Shown here: positions 24,735 to 32,632 of the stretch, one piece after another | How the letters are laid out: each line of letters starts with the position of its first letter | How positions within the stretch are numbered: position 1 is the stretch's first letter | From: a virus | Lineage: Duplodnaviria > Caudoviricetes | IMG/VR virus record: IMGVR_UViG_3300005662_000128 | Location: 1-32,632 of that record | DNA length: 32,632 bases | Direction: 5' to 3' (one strand) | Program-made: the position numbers and the translations under genes | Notes under the pieces: generated by a model | What the model saw: only the letters and a program-made list of their open reading frames with translations | Told to the model about the DNA's origin: nothing | Database searches by the model: none

Positions 24735-25475
24735 CTATTCCCAAAGAAAGATAAATGCTTTTTCTTCGGGTGTAAGTTCGACACGTTTTGAGGTGTCTAT
24801 TCCACGGGCTTTCTGGTAAATCTTCAGAGGCCCAGGGGTGCTTATGTGGCCTGTCTTCAGGCACATGAATTTTCTGTTGTTTGCGGCCTTCATGGGGTCA
24901 AATATGCCGGTTTTATTTTGAAAGGTCTTAGGGCCATTTATTTTTCCGGATTTACGGCCAGCTTTACGACTACCCTCTCTACAAATTTCTTTGTTAGCGG
25001 GGTCATGGATGCCGGTTTTTTGGTCTCTGGCCCTAGGTCCTTGAATTAAGCCACCGATCCTGCCATCTTGGGACATTTTCTCGGGACTTCTGCCGCATAC
25101 GCCGGTTTTATTGATGAAGTTGGTTTTACCGCCAATTTTTCCTCCCCAGTTAGGTTTCCCAGGGAAACTGGAGCCGCAGTTGGATTTGGTGTGAAGATAC
25201 CATTCTTCGCCCATAAATTCCAACAAAACCCACTCTCCTGGAAGATCTTTCTCAAGATCTGCTCCAACTAAGAAAAGACAAAGATCTCCGGGATTAACCG
25301 GTATTGTCCCAATCTCGTCGTGAGCAACTCGCCAGGGCAAGAATCGATTGTTCTTTGATTTGTTGACGCTTTCTTCCCTTTCTTCAAGATTCAAAGAAAC
25401 GCTCAACCCACAAATAAGTTGGTAGTTCCTTCCTTCTTTCCAAATAGGGTCTATGTGGTCAATTTGAAGATTCAT
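24735..25475 (-). CDS. free-standing HNH endonuclease with Gly/Lys-rich DNA-binding repeats
   Basis: IDHIDP...ICGL.V..NL......N.SK.N; repeated KTG(I/V) units. Confidence 0.75.
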   Translation of the reverse strand: MNLQIDHIDPIWKEGRNYQLICGLSVSLNLEEREESVNKSKNNRFLPWRVAHDEIGTIPVNPGDLCLFLVGADLEKDLPGEWVLLEFMGEEWYLHTKSNCGSSFPGKPNWGGKIGGKTNFINKTGVCGRSPEKMSQDGRIGGLIQGPRARDQKTGIHDPANKEICREGSRKAGRKSGKINGPKTFQNKTGIFDPMKAANNRKFMCLKTGHISTPGPLKIYQKARGIDTSKRVELTPEEKAFIFLWE

Positions 25476-25542
25476 TTCGCGGTCGCTTTGAGTTGCGACA
25501 CCCTTATTATAGCAAAATGGCAAGATGGTAAACTCTTGCCAA

Positions 25543-25626
25543 TAGGGTGAGAGGGAGTTGAACCCTCACAGGCAAATGCCCGACGGATTTTAAATCCGGT
25601 GCGTCTACCAATTCCGCCACCACCCC
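25543..25626 (-). tRNA. trnL: tRNA-Leu(TAA)
   Basis: Cloverleaf with long variable arm; loop TTTAAAA; no encoded CCA. Confidence 0.93.
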
Positions 25627-25629
25627 AGG

Positions 25630-25702
25630 TGCTCCCTACGTGGATCGAACACGTCTGAGGCCGATTATGAGTCGGCTGCTTTCACCAGATAGCTAAGGGA
25701 GC
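25630..25702 (-). tRNA. tRNA with CAT anticodon (elongator Met or Ile2)
   Basis: GCTCCCT/AGGGAGC acceptor; GCCGA CTCATAA TCGGC. Confidence 0.9.
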
Positions 25703-25718
25703 ATGCCATTAGCCTACC

Positions 25719-25961
25719 TCACTTCAACCCATATTCAGTCTGAGCCAGCATGCCAATTGCTTTTTCCACGAAGTAGAATTGATCGGTACCGACCCGCTCC
25801 ATCACTCGATTAAGAAGCACTCGAGTCACTTCTTTGTCTTTGCTCTTCATTTTGGTACCGCACCAGAACTTGCCGTGCACATAAACCAGTTCTTCAACAG
25901 TTTCACGGAGGACTTTGTCATCCGACTGGAGCCAGGTTTGGAAAGGAAGAGCGAAGGCCAC
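25719..25961 (-). CDS. hypothetical protein
   Basis: 80-aa ORF. Confidence 0.7.
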   Translation of the reverse strand: MAFALPFQTWLQSDDKVLRETVEELVYVHGKFWCGTKMKSKDKEVTRVLLNRVMERVGTDQFYFVEKAIGMLAQTEYGLK

Positions 25962-25995
25962 GTTTGGTGAAATTTCCTTACCTGAATAGTTTACC

Positions 25996-26268
25996 TCATG
26001 GCAGCCTGTTGTAAACCCCTAAAAAACTGCTGCGCAGTCTTACATCTAGAACAGGAATTTCTGGACTTTTCGCCGCCTTCTCCAGATCTCTCTTACTTGC
26101 CCAATACAGCCTCAGATCAACGCGACCATCTGGATATATGGTTGCGGTTTTGCGAATGTAACCCCGCTGTTGCATCAACCAAGGTTCCCAGATTGCCGTG
26201 TCAGCATCAATGAAGTCATTGACTCGATCCGCAGGAATAATAATGAATGAAAGCTTCTCAATTTCCAC
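25996..26268 (-). CDS. cyanobacterial TIGR03792-like dimeric alpha-beta barrel protein
   Basis: IE.L.F....FI.AD..IW.PWL..Q.G...K pattern. Confidence 0.65.
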   Translation of the reverse strand: MEIEKLSFIIIPADRVNDFIDADTAIWEPWLMQQRGYIRKTATIYPDGRVDLRLYWASKRDLEKAAKSPEIPVLDVRLRSSFLGVYNRLP

Positions 26269-26527
26269 GCCATTCCTCCCACTTGTCGATTGGGCAACGA
26301 ACATTTGCCATGGCTGTCTTCAACTTCATGTAACACTGGCAGAGAGAACACTGCCCAGACTTAGGCAAATAACGGTCGCAATTCTCGCAGATAGCCAGCC
26401 TTTCAGCTGCAACAGCCCTGGGAGCTACGGTTGGATCTTCAAGGAGCCGCTTAGCAGTGTCTTTAATCGAAGCAGCGAAACTTCTCCTACAGCACTCTGG
26501 CGCGTCGTCATTCATTTCTAATCCCAA
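26258..26527 (-). CDS. DUF6171-like Cys-rich protein
   Basis: ERL.IC..C, C..C.C, CP..KW. Confidence 0.75.
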   Translation of the reverse strand: MGLEMNDDAPECCRRSFAASIKDTAKRLLEDPTVAPRAVAAERLAICENCDRYLPKSGQCSLCQCYMKLKTAMANVRCPIDKWEEWRGN

Positions 26528-26970
26528 TATTGTCCGAGAGTGCGCAAATGCGAAAGTATTATACTGCCTTCAACAGCGCGGTAAACCGACGGCAACGTTC
26601 TGTGTTTTTTGTAATGCTCCAGCTCTGCGACGATGGCGCGAGTCACGGTGCAATCGGCAACCCACTGTCGAAACCAGAAACAGTCGAATTTTTCGATGCG
26701 CCTCCACTGGGGATCTTCATGGACCCAAGCTTTCCCGTAACCGTCGTACCGTTCCTTTAAATCCCAGTGGCTGCAAATCCATTCTTCGTAGCGCTCCGGG
26801 TCATCCACAGTAAGCACCTTGTGATATTCCTCCGACCATGCCTTCGCCTGATTCCACAGGAAATCATAACTCCCCGGATCGCGATCGCATTTGAACACGC
26901 AGTTGACGACCAAAAATGGAACGTCATTGCCTTTGGCGTCAACGCGTAAACTCGTAATTGTTAGTGTCAT
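26518..26970 (-). CDS. hypothetical protein
   Basis: 150 aa from ATG 26970. Confidence 0.7.
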   Translation of the reverse strand: MTLTITSLRVDAKGNDVPFLVVNCVFKCDRDPGSYDFLWNQAKAWSEEYHKVLTVDDPERYEEWICSHWDLKERYDGYGKAWVHEDPQWRRIEKFDCFWFRQWVADCTVTRAIVAELEHYKKHRTLPSVYRAVEGSIILSHLRTLGQYWD

Positions 26971-27023
26971 TTGTATAGCAAAACAGGGAGGGTTGCCCCT
27001 CCCGTAAATCAACAAGACTAAAT

Positions 27024-27860
27024 TCAGACTGCAGCCAACTCAAGGCCAGCACGAAGAGCCCGATTGTTGACGCGCGAACCTTGGCCAAACTGGACGTAAT
27101 TGAAACGACCTGAAGTCGTTTGACGTGAGTTGTTCGAGCCGTAATCTAACACAGCTTGGTAAGCATCGTGGTAAGTCTGGCCTGAGTTACCCGCTCCTTC
27201 ATAAAACAGTTTGTTCAATTGATCCACGAAGCTAACACGCAGTTCGTTGAGCGGCTTTTCGTAAACAGCTTCGACATAAGCATCAAACTGCTTTTTCGAA
27301 CACTTGCCCTTGGTAAGTTCAGCCATGTACTTGCTGTAGGTTCCCATCGCACCATTTACATAATCAAGGATAAAGGTGCTTTCTAGAACTTTTTCGGTAA
27401 CGCCTGAGGAATGCCGATACTTCTCAGAAATGTCCGAATAGGCGCCCGCAAAAGTGTTACCGCAAATAACACGAGTCAGGGTTGAGCCGATAGCCACAGA
27501 AGCATTGCCAATGTGGCCATTGAGCAAAGTCACGTAGCCTTTGTAGTCTTCCCCAATTACACTAAACTCTTTATTGAGTTTGGCTTGAGCAAAGACCCGA
27601 GCGCCATGATTGAGATAACCCATGTTCTCAATCGTGAGAACCCCCTCATCAACCATCGGTTGAATCAGCTTGAGAAGGTCAGAGTTCTGTACCGTTTCAA
27701 ACGATGGAGCTACAGCACCGAGGCAACGACCGGTGTCTTCTCGAACTACAGCCACCTTTTCGCTCCAAGCAACTTGTTTGCCGTCAACCCCAGTGAAATA
27801 AAGTGGGCGGTGGCTGATGAGCCAATCAAGGTTGTCCGTGACAGCGAAGGCAGGAGCCAT
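27024..27860 (-). CDS. DUF932 family protein
   Basis: LDW, VRED...LG.V, VQN, G.L..G.RVF, LLNGH.G, RVICGNT. Confidence 0.88.
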   Translation of the reverse strand: MAPAFAVTDNLDWLISHRPLYFTGVDGKQVAWSEKVAVVREDTGRCLGAVAPSFETVQNSDLLKLIQPMVDEGVLTIENMGYLNHGARVFAQAKLNKEFSVIGEDYKGYVTLLNGHIGNASVAIGSTLTRVICGNTFAGAYSDISEKYRHSSGVTEKVLESTFILDYVNGAMGTYSKYMAELTKGKCSKKQFDAYVEAVYEKPLNELRVSFVDQLNKLFYEGAGNSGQTYHDAYQAVLDYGSNNSRQTTSGRFNYVQFGQGSRVNNRALRAGLELAAV

Positions 27861-27890
27861 GGTTTTACTGGTTGTTCTGAATCCGAAGAT

Positions 27891-27919
27891 ATTTTACGCT
27901 GAAAAAGTGTTTTTGAAAA
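27891..27919 (-). promoter_or_regulatory. sigma70-like promoter
   Basis: TTTTCA-17nt-TAAAAT. Confidence 0.45.
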
Positions 27920-27920
27920 G

Positions 27921-28139
27921 TCAACGGACGCAGTAATTGCGAGCCGAGCGCGTCCACCCCAGAGGGCAAGGGCCCCCATTGTTGATGTAGACTTGGGTGT
28001 TACCGACCGGTACGCAAGAGCCACTCTGGCTGGAGGTGCCTGTGGGGCAAGAGCCACCGATTTTTGGGACAGGTACGCTTTGAGCCAGTACGGCTTGACC
28101 AACGATGCAGGCGCCGAGGCAAAAGAGGAATGACTTCAT
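27921..28139 (-). CDS. small secreted protein with two GGxCPxG...C repeats
   Basis: Signal peptide; GGSCPTG and GGPCPLG. Confidence 0.8.
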   Translation of the reverse strand: MKSFLFCLGACIVGQAVLAQSVPVPKIGGSCPTGTSSQSGSCVPVGNTQVYINNGGPCPLGWTRSARNYCVR

Positions 28140-28162
28140 GGCAGGAATTTGAACCTAACAAT

Positions 28163-28191
28163 ATGTTAGCTCTCACTCGCCAAAATGTAAA
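28163..28191 (-). promoter_or_regulatory. sigma70-like promoter
   Basis: TTTACA-17nt-TAACAT. Confidence 0.55.
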
Positions 28192-28192
28192 G

Positions 28193-28414
28193 TCACCCTG
28201 GCACTTTTTCTTGGAATTGCTCCACCAGGTCAGGAGCATACTGCTCAGCATGCATCCAAAGGTCTGACCAGTCCTGCCAGACAAGATCTTCATATAGACG
28301 ATCCCACACTGATTGCCGCAGTTGCTCTAGTGTCATTTCCGAAATCATTCCGTCTACGATCTCAGAAACCAGATTTTCGCGATCTTCTTCAACCCAGTTG
28401 TTAGGCAGCATCAT
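28193..28414 (-). CDS. small acidic helical protein
   Basis: 73-aa ORF. Confidence 0.75.
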   Translation of the reverse strand: MMLPNNWVEEDRENLVSEIVDGMISEMTLEQLRQSVWDRLYEDLVWQDWSDLWMHAEQYAPDLVEQFQEKVPG

Positions 28415-28569
28415 ACAGCTTGATCCCTCAGTTGCTTGTAAACTTCTTCAATGTCGATTTCGCCCTGGATGTACTTTTGAGCGAGACCAATTTTATTGAG
28501 ATAAATCACTTCATCCAGTGAAAACACGGATGACAAGTATTTATCTCGGGATTCTTGCGGCGTTGACAT
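28411..28569 (-). CDS. hypothetical protein (52 aa)
   Basis: Fills the gap; ATGA overlap. Confidence 0.6.
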   Translation of the reverse strand: MSTPQESRDKYLSSVFSLDEVIYLNKIGLAQKYIQGEIDIEEVYKQLRDQAV

Positions 28570-28571
28570 AA

Positions 28572-28871
28572 CTAGGTAATTACAAATTCATCAGTGCGTT
28601 GTTGTTGCATCTGAGATACACGAAGAAGGACAAGATAGCCAATTAAGTCGAGAATTACGTCCTCGTCCTCATCCATTGGCTGGTTACGGATGCGACTCAA
28701 CTTGTCATCCAGGCGAACTCTGATGGCCGCTTGGCTGTCAGCTTGGCTGAAGATACGAACAGGGTTTAAGGCGGAGTCGCCGTATTTCTTGTTCTTTTCT
28801 AACAGCAATGCCTTGATAGCATCACAGGTAACAGCGATGTCAATTTGAGCCTGAGCGATTTTGTTCATCAC
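28572..28871 (-). CDS. DUF1599 / nucleotide modification-associated domain 1 protein
   Basis: KN..YGDS, R.DDKL.RI, ED...DL.GY. Confidence 0.8.
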   Translation of the reverse strand: MMNKIAQAQIDIAVTCDAIKALLLEKNKKYGDSALNPVRIFSQADSQAAIRVRLDDKLSRIRNQPMDEDEDVILDLIGYLVLLRVSQMQQQRTDEFVIT

Positions 28872-29068
28872 AATTTCCCTCCGACAGTTCCTTCGTGTAC
28901 GACGACATTATCGTTATCCCATCCCTCCTGTAAACTCTTCAAATACCACCGTGTTGCGGTAATGCATTGTTCTTCGGTCAGAGAAGTGATGTGTTCTTTG
29001 CCATGGGCATCAACGGAAACGAATGTCCCCCAACGTTGACGCTTAATCCAAAAGGCGTCATCAATCAC
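28868..29068 (-). CDS. cyanophage-type hypothetical protein
   Basis: IDDAF...WGT...ATR.YLK..QEG...VGGKL; start uncertain. Confidence 0.65.
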   Translation of the reverse strand: MIDDAFWIKRQRWGTFVSVDAHGKEHITSLTEEQCITATRWYLKSLQEGWDNDNVVVHEGTVGGKL

Positions 29069-29243
29069 GGGAGTCTCTTCCGGCTTGCCAACCCAATTGC
29101 CATGCTGTTCTGATCCACTCATAAAGTCGCTCTTTGTTTCCGTATTCAGCATCGTCGAAGAATCGCTCCGAGCGAGTGTCAAATCCTTCGATTTCTTCGA
29201 ACCACGCAAGGAATTTGCCATTGTCAGAAATAGGGTTAGTCAT
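29061..29243 (-). CDS. cyanophage-type hypothetical protein
   Basis: WF.EIEGF..RSERF.DD. Confidence 0.65.
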   Translation of the reverse strand: MTNPISDNGKFLAWFEEIEGFDTRSERFFDDAEYGNKERLYEWIRTAWQLGWQAGRDSRD

Positions 29244-29553
29244 GTTGCCTCCAATCCGAGCTGTCCTCACGCTTAAACCAGTTAGCGAGATCCACAGGGT
29301 TTTGAGGGCCAATTAAATGGTTCGAAGGATCTGGATCACCAAGGTCTAGACCCTCCATCAATTCGTCAAGAGAATCTTTTTCCGGCTCACCTGTAATTGC
29401 CCGACGACGCGCCTTCCTTAAAATCGCTGCTGCAGAATTATTATGGTCAGCCCATTTTTGAGCCCACTGCATTTCTTCAAAGGAAACATTCAGCCCTCCT
29501 GCGATGCGGGCAGCGATATCCTCAAGGCGCAGCCTTGTTTGCGTTGAAAGCAT
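29236..29553 (-). CDS. cyanophage-type hypothetical protein
   Basis: MLST..RLRLE...LGDPDPSNH...DWRQ.D. Confidence 0.8.
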   Translation of the reverse strand: MLSTQTRLRLEDIAARIAGGLNVSFEEMQWAQKWADHNNSAAAILRKARRRAITGEPEKDSLDELMEGLDLGDPDPSNHLIGPQNPVDLANWFKREDSSDWRQHD

Positions 29554-29593
29554 TATGGTTTCCCAGATGGATAAGTTTTACCTTACTTTTCAG

Positions 29594-29809
29594 TTAGTGA
29601 AACAAATGCGTGTCTGATTCTACGCAGTAATCTTCATAAGCACTTTGAAACTTGCGTCGCACTGACAGGAAATCTTCATCATAAGAGGCTGCTGCACGAA
29701 ACTCAATTGCCTCAAGCGCAGCGCAAAGTTCACCTTTAGTGAACATCATGCAAACGTCGCCGGTTTCATAAATGGCAAGCTCGTCAATGTGCCTAATTTT
29801 CGCACTCAT
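29594..29809 (-). CDS. hypothetical protein
   Basis: Coupled ORF. Confidence 0.65.
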   Translation of the reverse strand: MSAKIRHIDELAIYETGDVCMMFTKGELCAALEAIEFRAAASYDEDFLSVRRKFQSAYEDYCVESDTHLFH

Positions 29810-29961
29810 CGCTCTTGTTCCTGGTTCTGGTTGTAATACATAGGAAAGAGTGCCGAAAGAATGGCATCAGCAGCGTTATAAACTTTTCCGCCGACAAGGC
29901 ATTCCTGAATTTGATATTTTCGGAGCAGTTGATACAACTGTCGATACTCGTCCTGCGTCAT
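29806..29961 (-). CDS. hypothetical protein (51 aa)
   Basis: ATGA overlaps on both sides. Confidence 0.6.
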   Translation of the reverse strand: MTQDEYRQLYQLLRKYQIQECLVGGKVYNAADAILSALFPMYYNQNQEQER

Positions 29962-30134
29962 AACTCTGCCCCTATTTTATCGGCGAGGTGGTTGCAGATC
30001 CCGTGTTCTCGCCAAAGAATCTCGTAATATGTGCCCTGTTCACCAAGGCTTTTCATTTTGTTGTAATGATCTCGAGCATGAGCTCGCAGTGCCTGGTGGA
30101 TTCTCATCCAGTCGTCCCGGCAAAATGTTAACAT
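29958..30134 (-). CDS. hypothetical protein
   Basis: 58 aa from ATG 30134. Confidence 0.6.
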   Translation of the reverse strand: MLTFCRDDWMRIHQALRAHARDHYNKMKSLGEQGTYYEILWREHGICNHLADKIGAEL

Positions 30135-30325
30135 GCGTAAGGAAATACCATACACATGTAACATAGTTACAGCTTGTCCGGGTAAACGGAATTGCCTTTA
30201 CCTTCAAGCGATTTCACTAACAACTCAGTGTATTTTTCTTGAAAGTCAGCACCATAAGCCATCAAATTTGCGTTCAGATTGTCTCGAACTTGAAGCAGCT
30301 GCTCCCATTCGTGGTCTTCCATGGT

Positions 30326-30601
30326 TCAGAATACGTCGTTCGGTTGGAATTCGATGGGTCCAGCTGCCCAATTAACAAGCTGGTCACCCAAGTTTAAGGC
30401 ACTTTCCGGAGAAAGCAAGATTTCTTCAAAATCTCTGTAACGAGACCGGCGCCCTAAAATGTAGTGGAAGGCGTGAATTAAGCGCCTATGCCAAGGCAGG
30501 GGCGCTAAGTGTATCTCGATTGTTAAGTCTTCCTCGTTTGCGCATACGAAGAAAATGTGCTCCGATCTGAAACACTCGCAGGAGTAGAGTGTCCTTTTCA
30601 T
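30326..30601 (-). CDS. hypothetical protein
   Basis: 91-aa ORF; CxC...H N-terminus. Confidence 0.7.
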   Translation of the reverse strand: MKRTLYSCECFRSEHIFFVCANEEDLTIEIHLAPLPWHRRLIHAFHYILGRRSRYRDFEEILLSPESALNLGDQLVNWAAGPIEFQPNDVF

Positions 30602-30602
30602 T

Positions 30603-30989
30603 TTAGGTTATATGAATGACGGGCACTTGATTCTTTTTCAGCATCTGAATGTTCGCCAAATTGTCGTCAACCCATAACATTGGCTGTCCGTGTTTCTCCT
30701 GCATGTTCCTTAAATGCTCAAGTTTAATGAGCGGATCGGGCACGCCATCTTTATCCTCCGGTCGCATATATATCTCTACGGGGTAAATGCCATGCTTGTT
30801 CAGCCAAGACTCCGTAACATGCCGAAGAGATTCAGGTCGAGCAGTAGAGATAAGTAAGGGTCTTTCTAGTTGTAAAACCATGGCCAGGATGACCATGGTT
30901 GGGTTTTCTTTCAGAGTTAACAGGTTACTTTCGTCGTATGGCTCTGCGGTCAGCGTTCCGTCCACATCAAACGTAACGGGCGCTTTCAT
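30603..30989 (-). CDS. HAD phosphatase (PNKP 3'-phosphatase-like)
   Basis: FDVDGT, STAR, T..WL, MR, D...K, VDD. Confidence 0.88.
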   Translation of the reverse strand: MKAPVTFDVDGTLTAEPYDESNLLTLKENPTMVILAMVLQLERPLLISTARPESLRHVTESWLNKHGIYPVEIYMRPEDKDGVPDPLIKLEHLRNMQEKHGQPMLWVDDNLANIQMLKKNQVPVIHIT

Positions 30990-31225
30990 ACCACTCTCGC
31001 TTGCAATCGGTCAAGGCGCATCAGCAAGGCGTTCATCTTAGTAGCTTCATTCTGGGCTTCTTGTAGTTGCCCACGTGTCACATATGTGGCGATAGTTTGG
31101 CTGTGTTGATTGCGATACGTTGTCGCAAAAGACTCAAGAGCCTGACTGATTACCAGCCACTCATTGTTGCTTAGAGTGACAGACCTCTGCAGCTCCTGCT
31201 CTTCAGTGATTATGACCAGATCCAT
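30986..31225 (-). CDS. hypothetical protein
   Basis: Coupled ORF. Confidence 0.65.
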   Translation of the reverse strand: MDLVIITEEQELQRSVTLSNNEWLVISQALESFATTYRNQHSQTIATYVTRGQLQEAQNEATKMNALLMRLDRLQARVV

Positions 31226-31451
31226 CGCGTTCTTTAATAAGTTCTTTGGCTAGTTTGTCAGCGTTTTTTAGAATTTCATGCCGCACCCACGGACTTTCTG
31301 GATGATACCGAATACGATACCATTGCCGTTCTGACCACACTTTCAGTAGTTTAGATTGTAACACTAACCACGGAAAGATATAATCATCTAAGGCGACTGC
31401 ATATAAAATACAGGCTCCAATTGTGAACCAGGTTAGTGTTACTACATTCAT
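31203..31451 (-). CDS. hypothetical membrane protein
   Basis: N-terminal TM segment. Confidence 0.7.
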   Translation of the reverse strand: MNVVTLTWFTIGACILYAVALDDYIFPWLVLQSKLLKVWSERQWYRIRYHPESPWVRHEILKNADKLAKELIKERDGSGHNH

Positions 31452-31633
31452 TTGTTTCTATTGTCAGATACAACGAGATCAGCGTCAATGGCACGGAGCC
31501 AACGGTTCAAAGTTTTAAGCAATTTAGCATCGTCCACGTTTTCCACGTCCATATTGACATTAAGGTCTGTGTCCCGAGTGTCCTCGTCGTCCGCGCGGAA
31601 GGATAAGGAAATGTAGTTTTTGTTGCTATACAT
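31448..31633 (-). CDS. hypothetical protein (61 aa)
   Basis: ATG 31633. Confidence 0.6.
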   Translation of the reverse strand: MYSNKNYISLSFRADDEDTRDTDLNVNMDVENVDDAKLLKTLNRWLRAIDADLVVSDNRNK

Positions 31634-31844
31634 TGTGTTTCTTGTAGATGTTAAGAAGTAAGAGAAACCCTTCGTATTTTGAAAGGGATGGAATCGGCTG
31701 CCAATGGCCGAGATATGCTGTAGCAAGATACCAGTCGGAATCCTTGCGATATACTCGAGCAACAGCTATGCCATCTGGCTCTTCAGCATATATGATCTCC
31801 GTGTCGTTATGGGAGACGATCCACAGTGGAGATTGGTAATGCAA
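31626..31844 (-). CDS. hypothetical protein
   Basis: 72-aa ORF. Confidence 0.6.
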   Translation of the reverse strand: MHYQSPLWIVSHNDTEIIYAEEPDGIAVARVYRKDSDWYLATAYLGHWQPIPSLSKYEGFLLLLNIYKKHNV

Positions 31845-31845
31845 T

Positions 31846-32154
31846 CTACCTCTCTAGACGCACTCTATCCCAAAATTCGGAAGAAGGGCGCTGAGCAGGT
31901 TTTACCTCAATAGACTGTAAGGTCGCTTTGCGACGCTTGAGCAGTTCCCATAACGTTGCTTTGAGTTTAGGGTCGGCAGTAGTATTGTAGGCAATTACTA
32001 AACGTGTAAACGCTTCATCGCGCTTCGGTATCTGCAGGTTTTCCTTGTTAAGAATTTGCTCCGTCAGATCAAGAGTTTCTTTCTTCGCTTGGATTTTGTT
32101 ACGGCCAAAGTTCCCAGTTGGTCTGCCAGTTGTCCGAAGTCCGTGGTTTGCCAT
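31846..32154 (-). CDS. hypothetical basic protein (102 aa)
   Basis: ATG 32154. Confidence 0.65.
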   Translation of the reverse strand: MANHGLRTTGRPTGNFGRNKIQAKKETLDLTEQILNKENLQIPKRDEAFTRLVIAYNTTADPKLKATLWELLKRRKATLQSIEVKPAQRPSSEFWDRVRLER

Positions 32155-32174
32155 GGCCGCAGAAGCAATTACCG

Positions 32175-32297
32175 TTATTTTAGGTTGTTTGTTGAGTGAA
32201 TGAAAGCTATGCCCAGGATCGGAACCATGATAAGGGCAAAACAAAGAAACCCGAGAAAGACTGGGTTATTGAGCGCGTAATGAACGAAGTGAATCAT
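32175..32297 (-). CDS. 40-aa single-TM protein
   Basis: MIHFVHYALNNPVFLGFLCFALIMVPILGIAFIH...; ATGA overlap. Confidence 0.6.
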   Translation of the reverse strand: MIHFVHYALNNPVFLGFLCFALIMVPILGIAFIHSTNNLK

Positions 32298-32464
32298 ACT
32301 TTAAACCACTCCACAACTTTAATTAAACCGTGGGAGTAGAATGCGAGCACAGTGAAACCAAGGCAAGCGCTAATTAAACTAGCGTTTCGATTATGCCTAC
32401 GCATTGCTTCAGTGATGGCTTCGTCGATCATGCTTTGGACCTTTTGTTGCTCTAACTCAGTCAT
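32294..32464 (-). CDS. 56-aa cyanophage-type membrane protein
   Basis: I.EA...RRHNRNAS.IS...G..VLA. Confidence 0.65.
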   Translation of the reverse strand: MTELEQQKVQSMIDEAITEAMRRHNRNASLISACLGFTVLAFYSHGLIKVVEWFKV

Positions 32465-32481
32465 TCAGATTAGGAGGATAA

Positions 32482-32553
32482 TGGGCGATACTGGATTTGA
32501 ACCAGTGACTTACCACTTGTAAGGAGGCCACTCTACCACTGAGTTAATCGCCC
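32482..32553 (-). tRNA. trnV: tRNA-Val(TAC)
   Basis: GGGCGAT/ATCGCCC acceptor; loop CTTACAA. Confidence 0.92.
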
Positions 32554-32556
32554 GAG

Positions 32557-32628
32557 CTCCCCCGGCAAGATTCGAACTTGCGACCAATCGATTAACAGTC
32601 GATGGCTCTACCGCTGAGCTACAGGGGA
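32557..32628 (-). tRNA. trnN: tRNA-Asn(GTT)
   Basis: TCCCCTG/CGGGGGA acceptor; ATCGA CTGTTAA TCGAT. Confidence 0.94.
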
Positions 32629-32632
32629 ATGG

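Noticed and set aside
24652-24864. 70-aa ORF
   Set aside because: Only its last 20 codons are real, as exon 1 of the spliced gene
26881-26888. HIP1 octamer GCGATCGC
   Set aside because: Single copy noticed, expected by chance
1-32632. CRISPR array, inteins or stop-codon recoding
   Set aside because: No regular repeat-spacer pattern seen; polymerase and GyrA look uninterrupted; genes tile well under the standard code

Overview
A 32.6-kb segment of a large tailed dsDNA phage, probably a cyanophage (inferred from several cyanophage-type small genes and a mitochondrial-type DNA polymerase like that known from S-TIM5). Essentially all real genes are on the minus strand. Left to right: (i) tail-morphogenesis genes, including a chaperone pair joined by a canonical -1 slippery site; (ii) a Pol gamma-like family A polymerase, a stand-alone AP2 protein, a GyrA/ParC subunit and an HNH endonuclease; (iii) a G-rich non-coding region of about 600 bp that may be an origin or terminus; (iv) a TET/JBP-like dioxygenase plus TET-associated glycosyltransferase operon, in which the dioxygenase appears to lack the canonical 2-oxoglutarate-binding Arg; (v) secreted small proteins separated by repeated terminator-promoter modules; (vi) a 5'-3' exonuclease, metallophosphatase and P-loop kinase; (vii) an 81-aa gene missed by the ORF track because two ORF-less group I introns split it around a 19-nt micro-exon, next to a free-standing HNH gene; (viii) DUF932, DUF1599, a HAD phosphatase, many small hypotheticals and four tRNAs. 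All family calls come from motif recognition by eye, with no database search.
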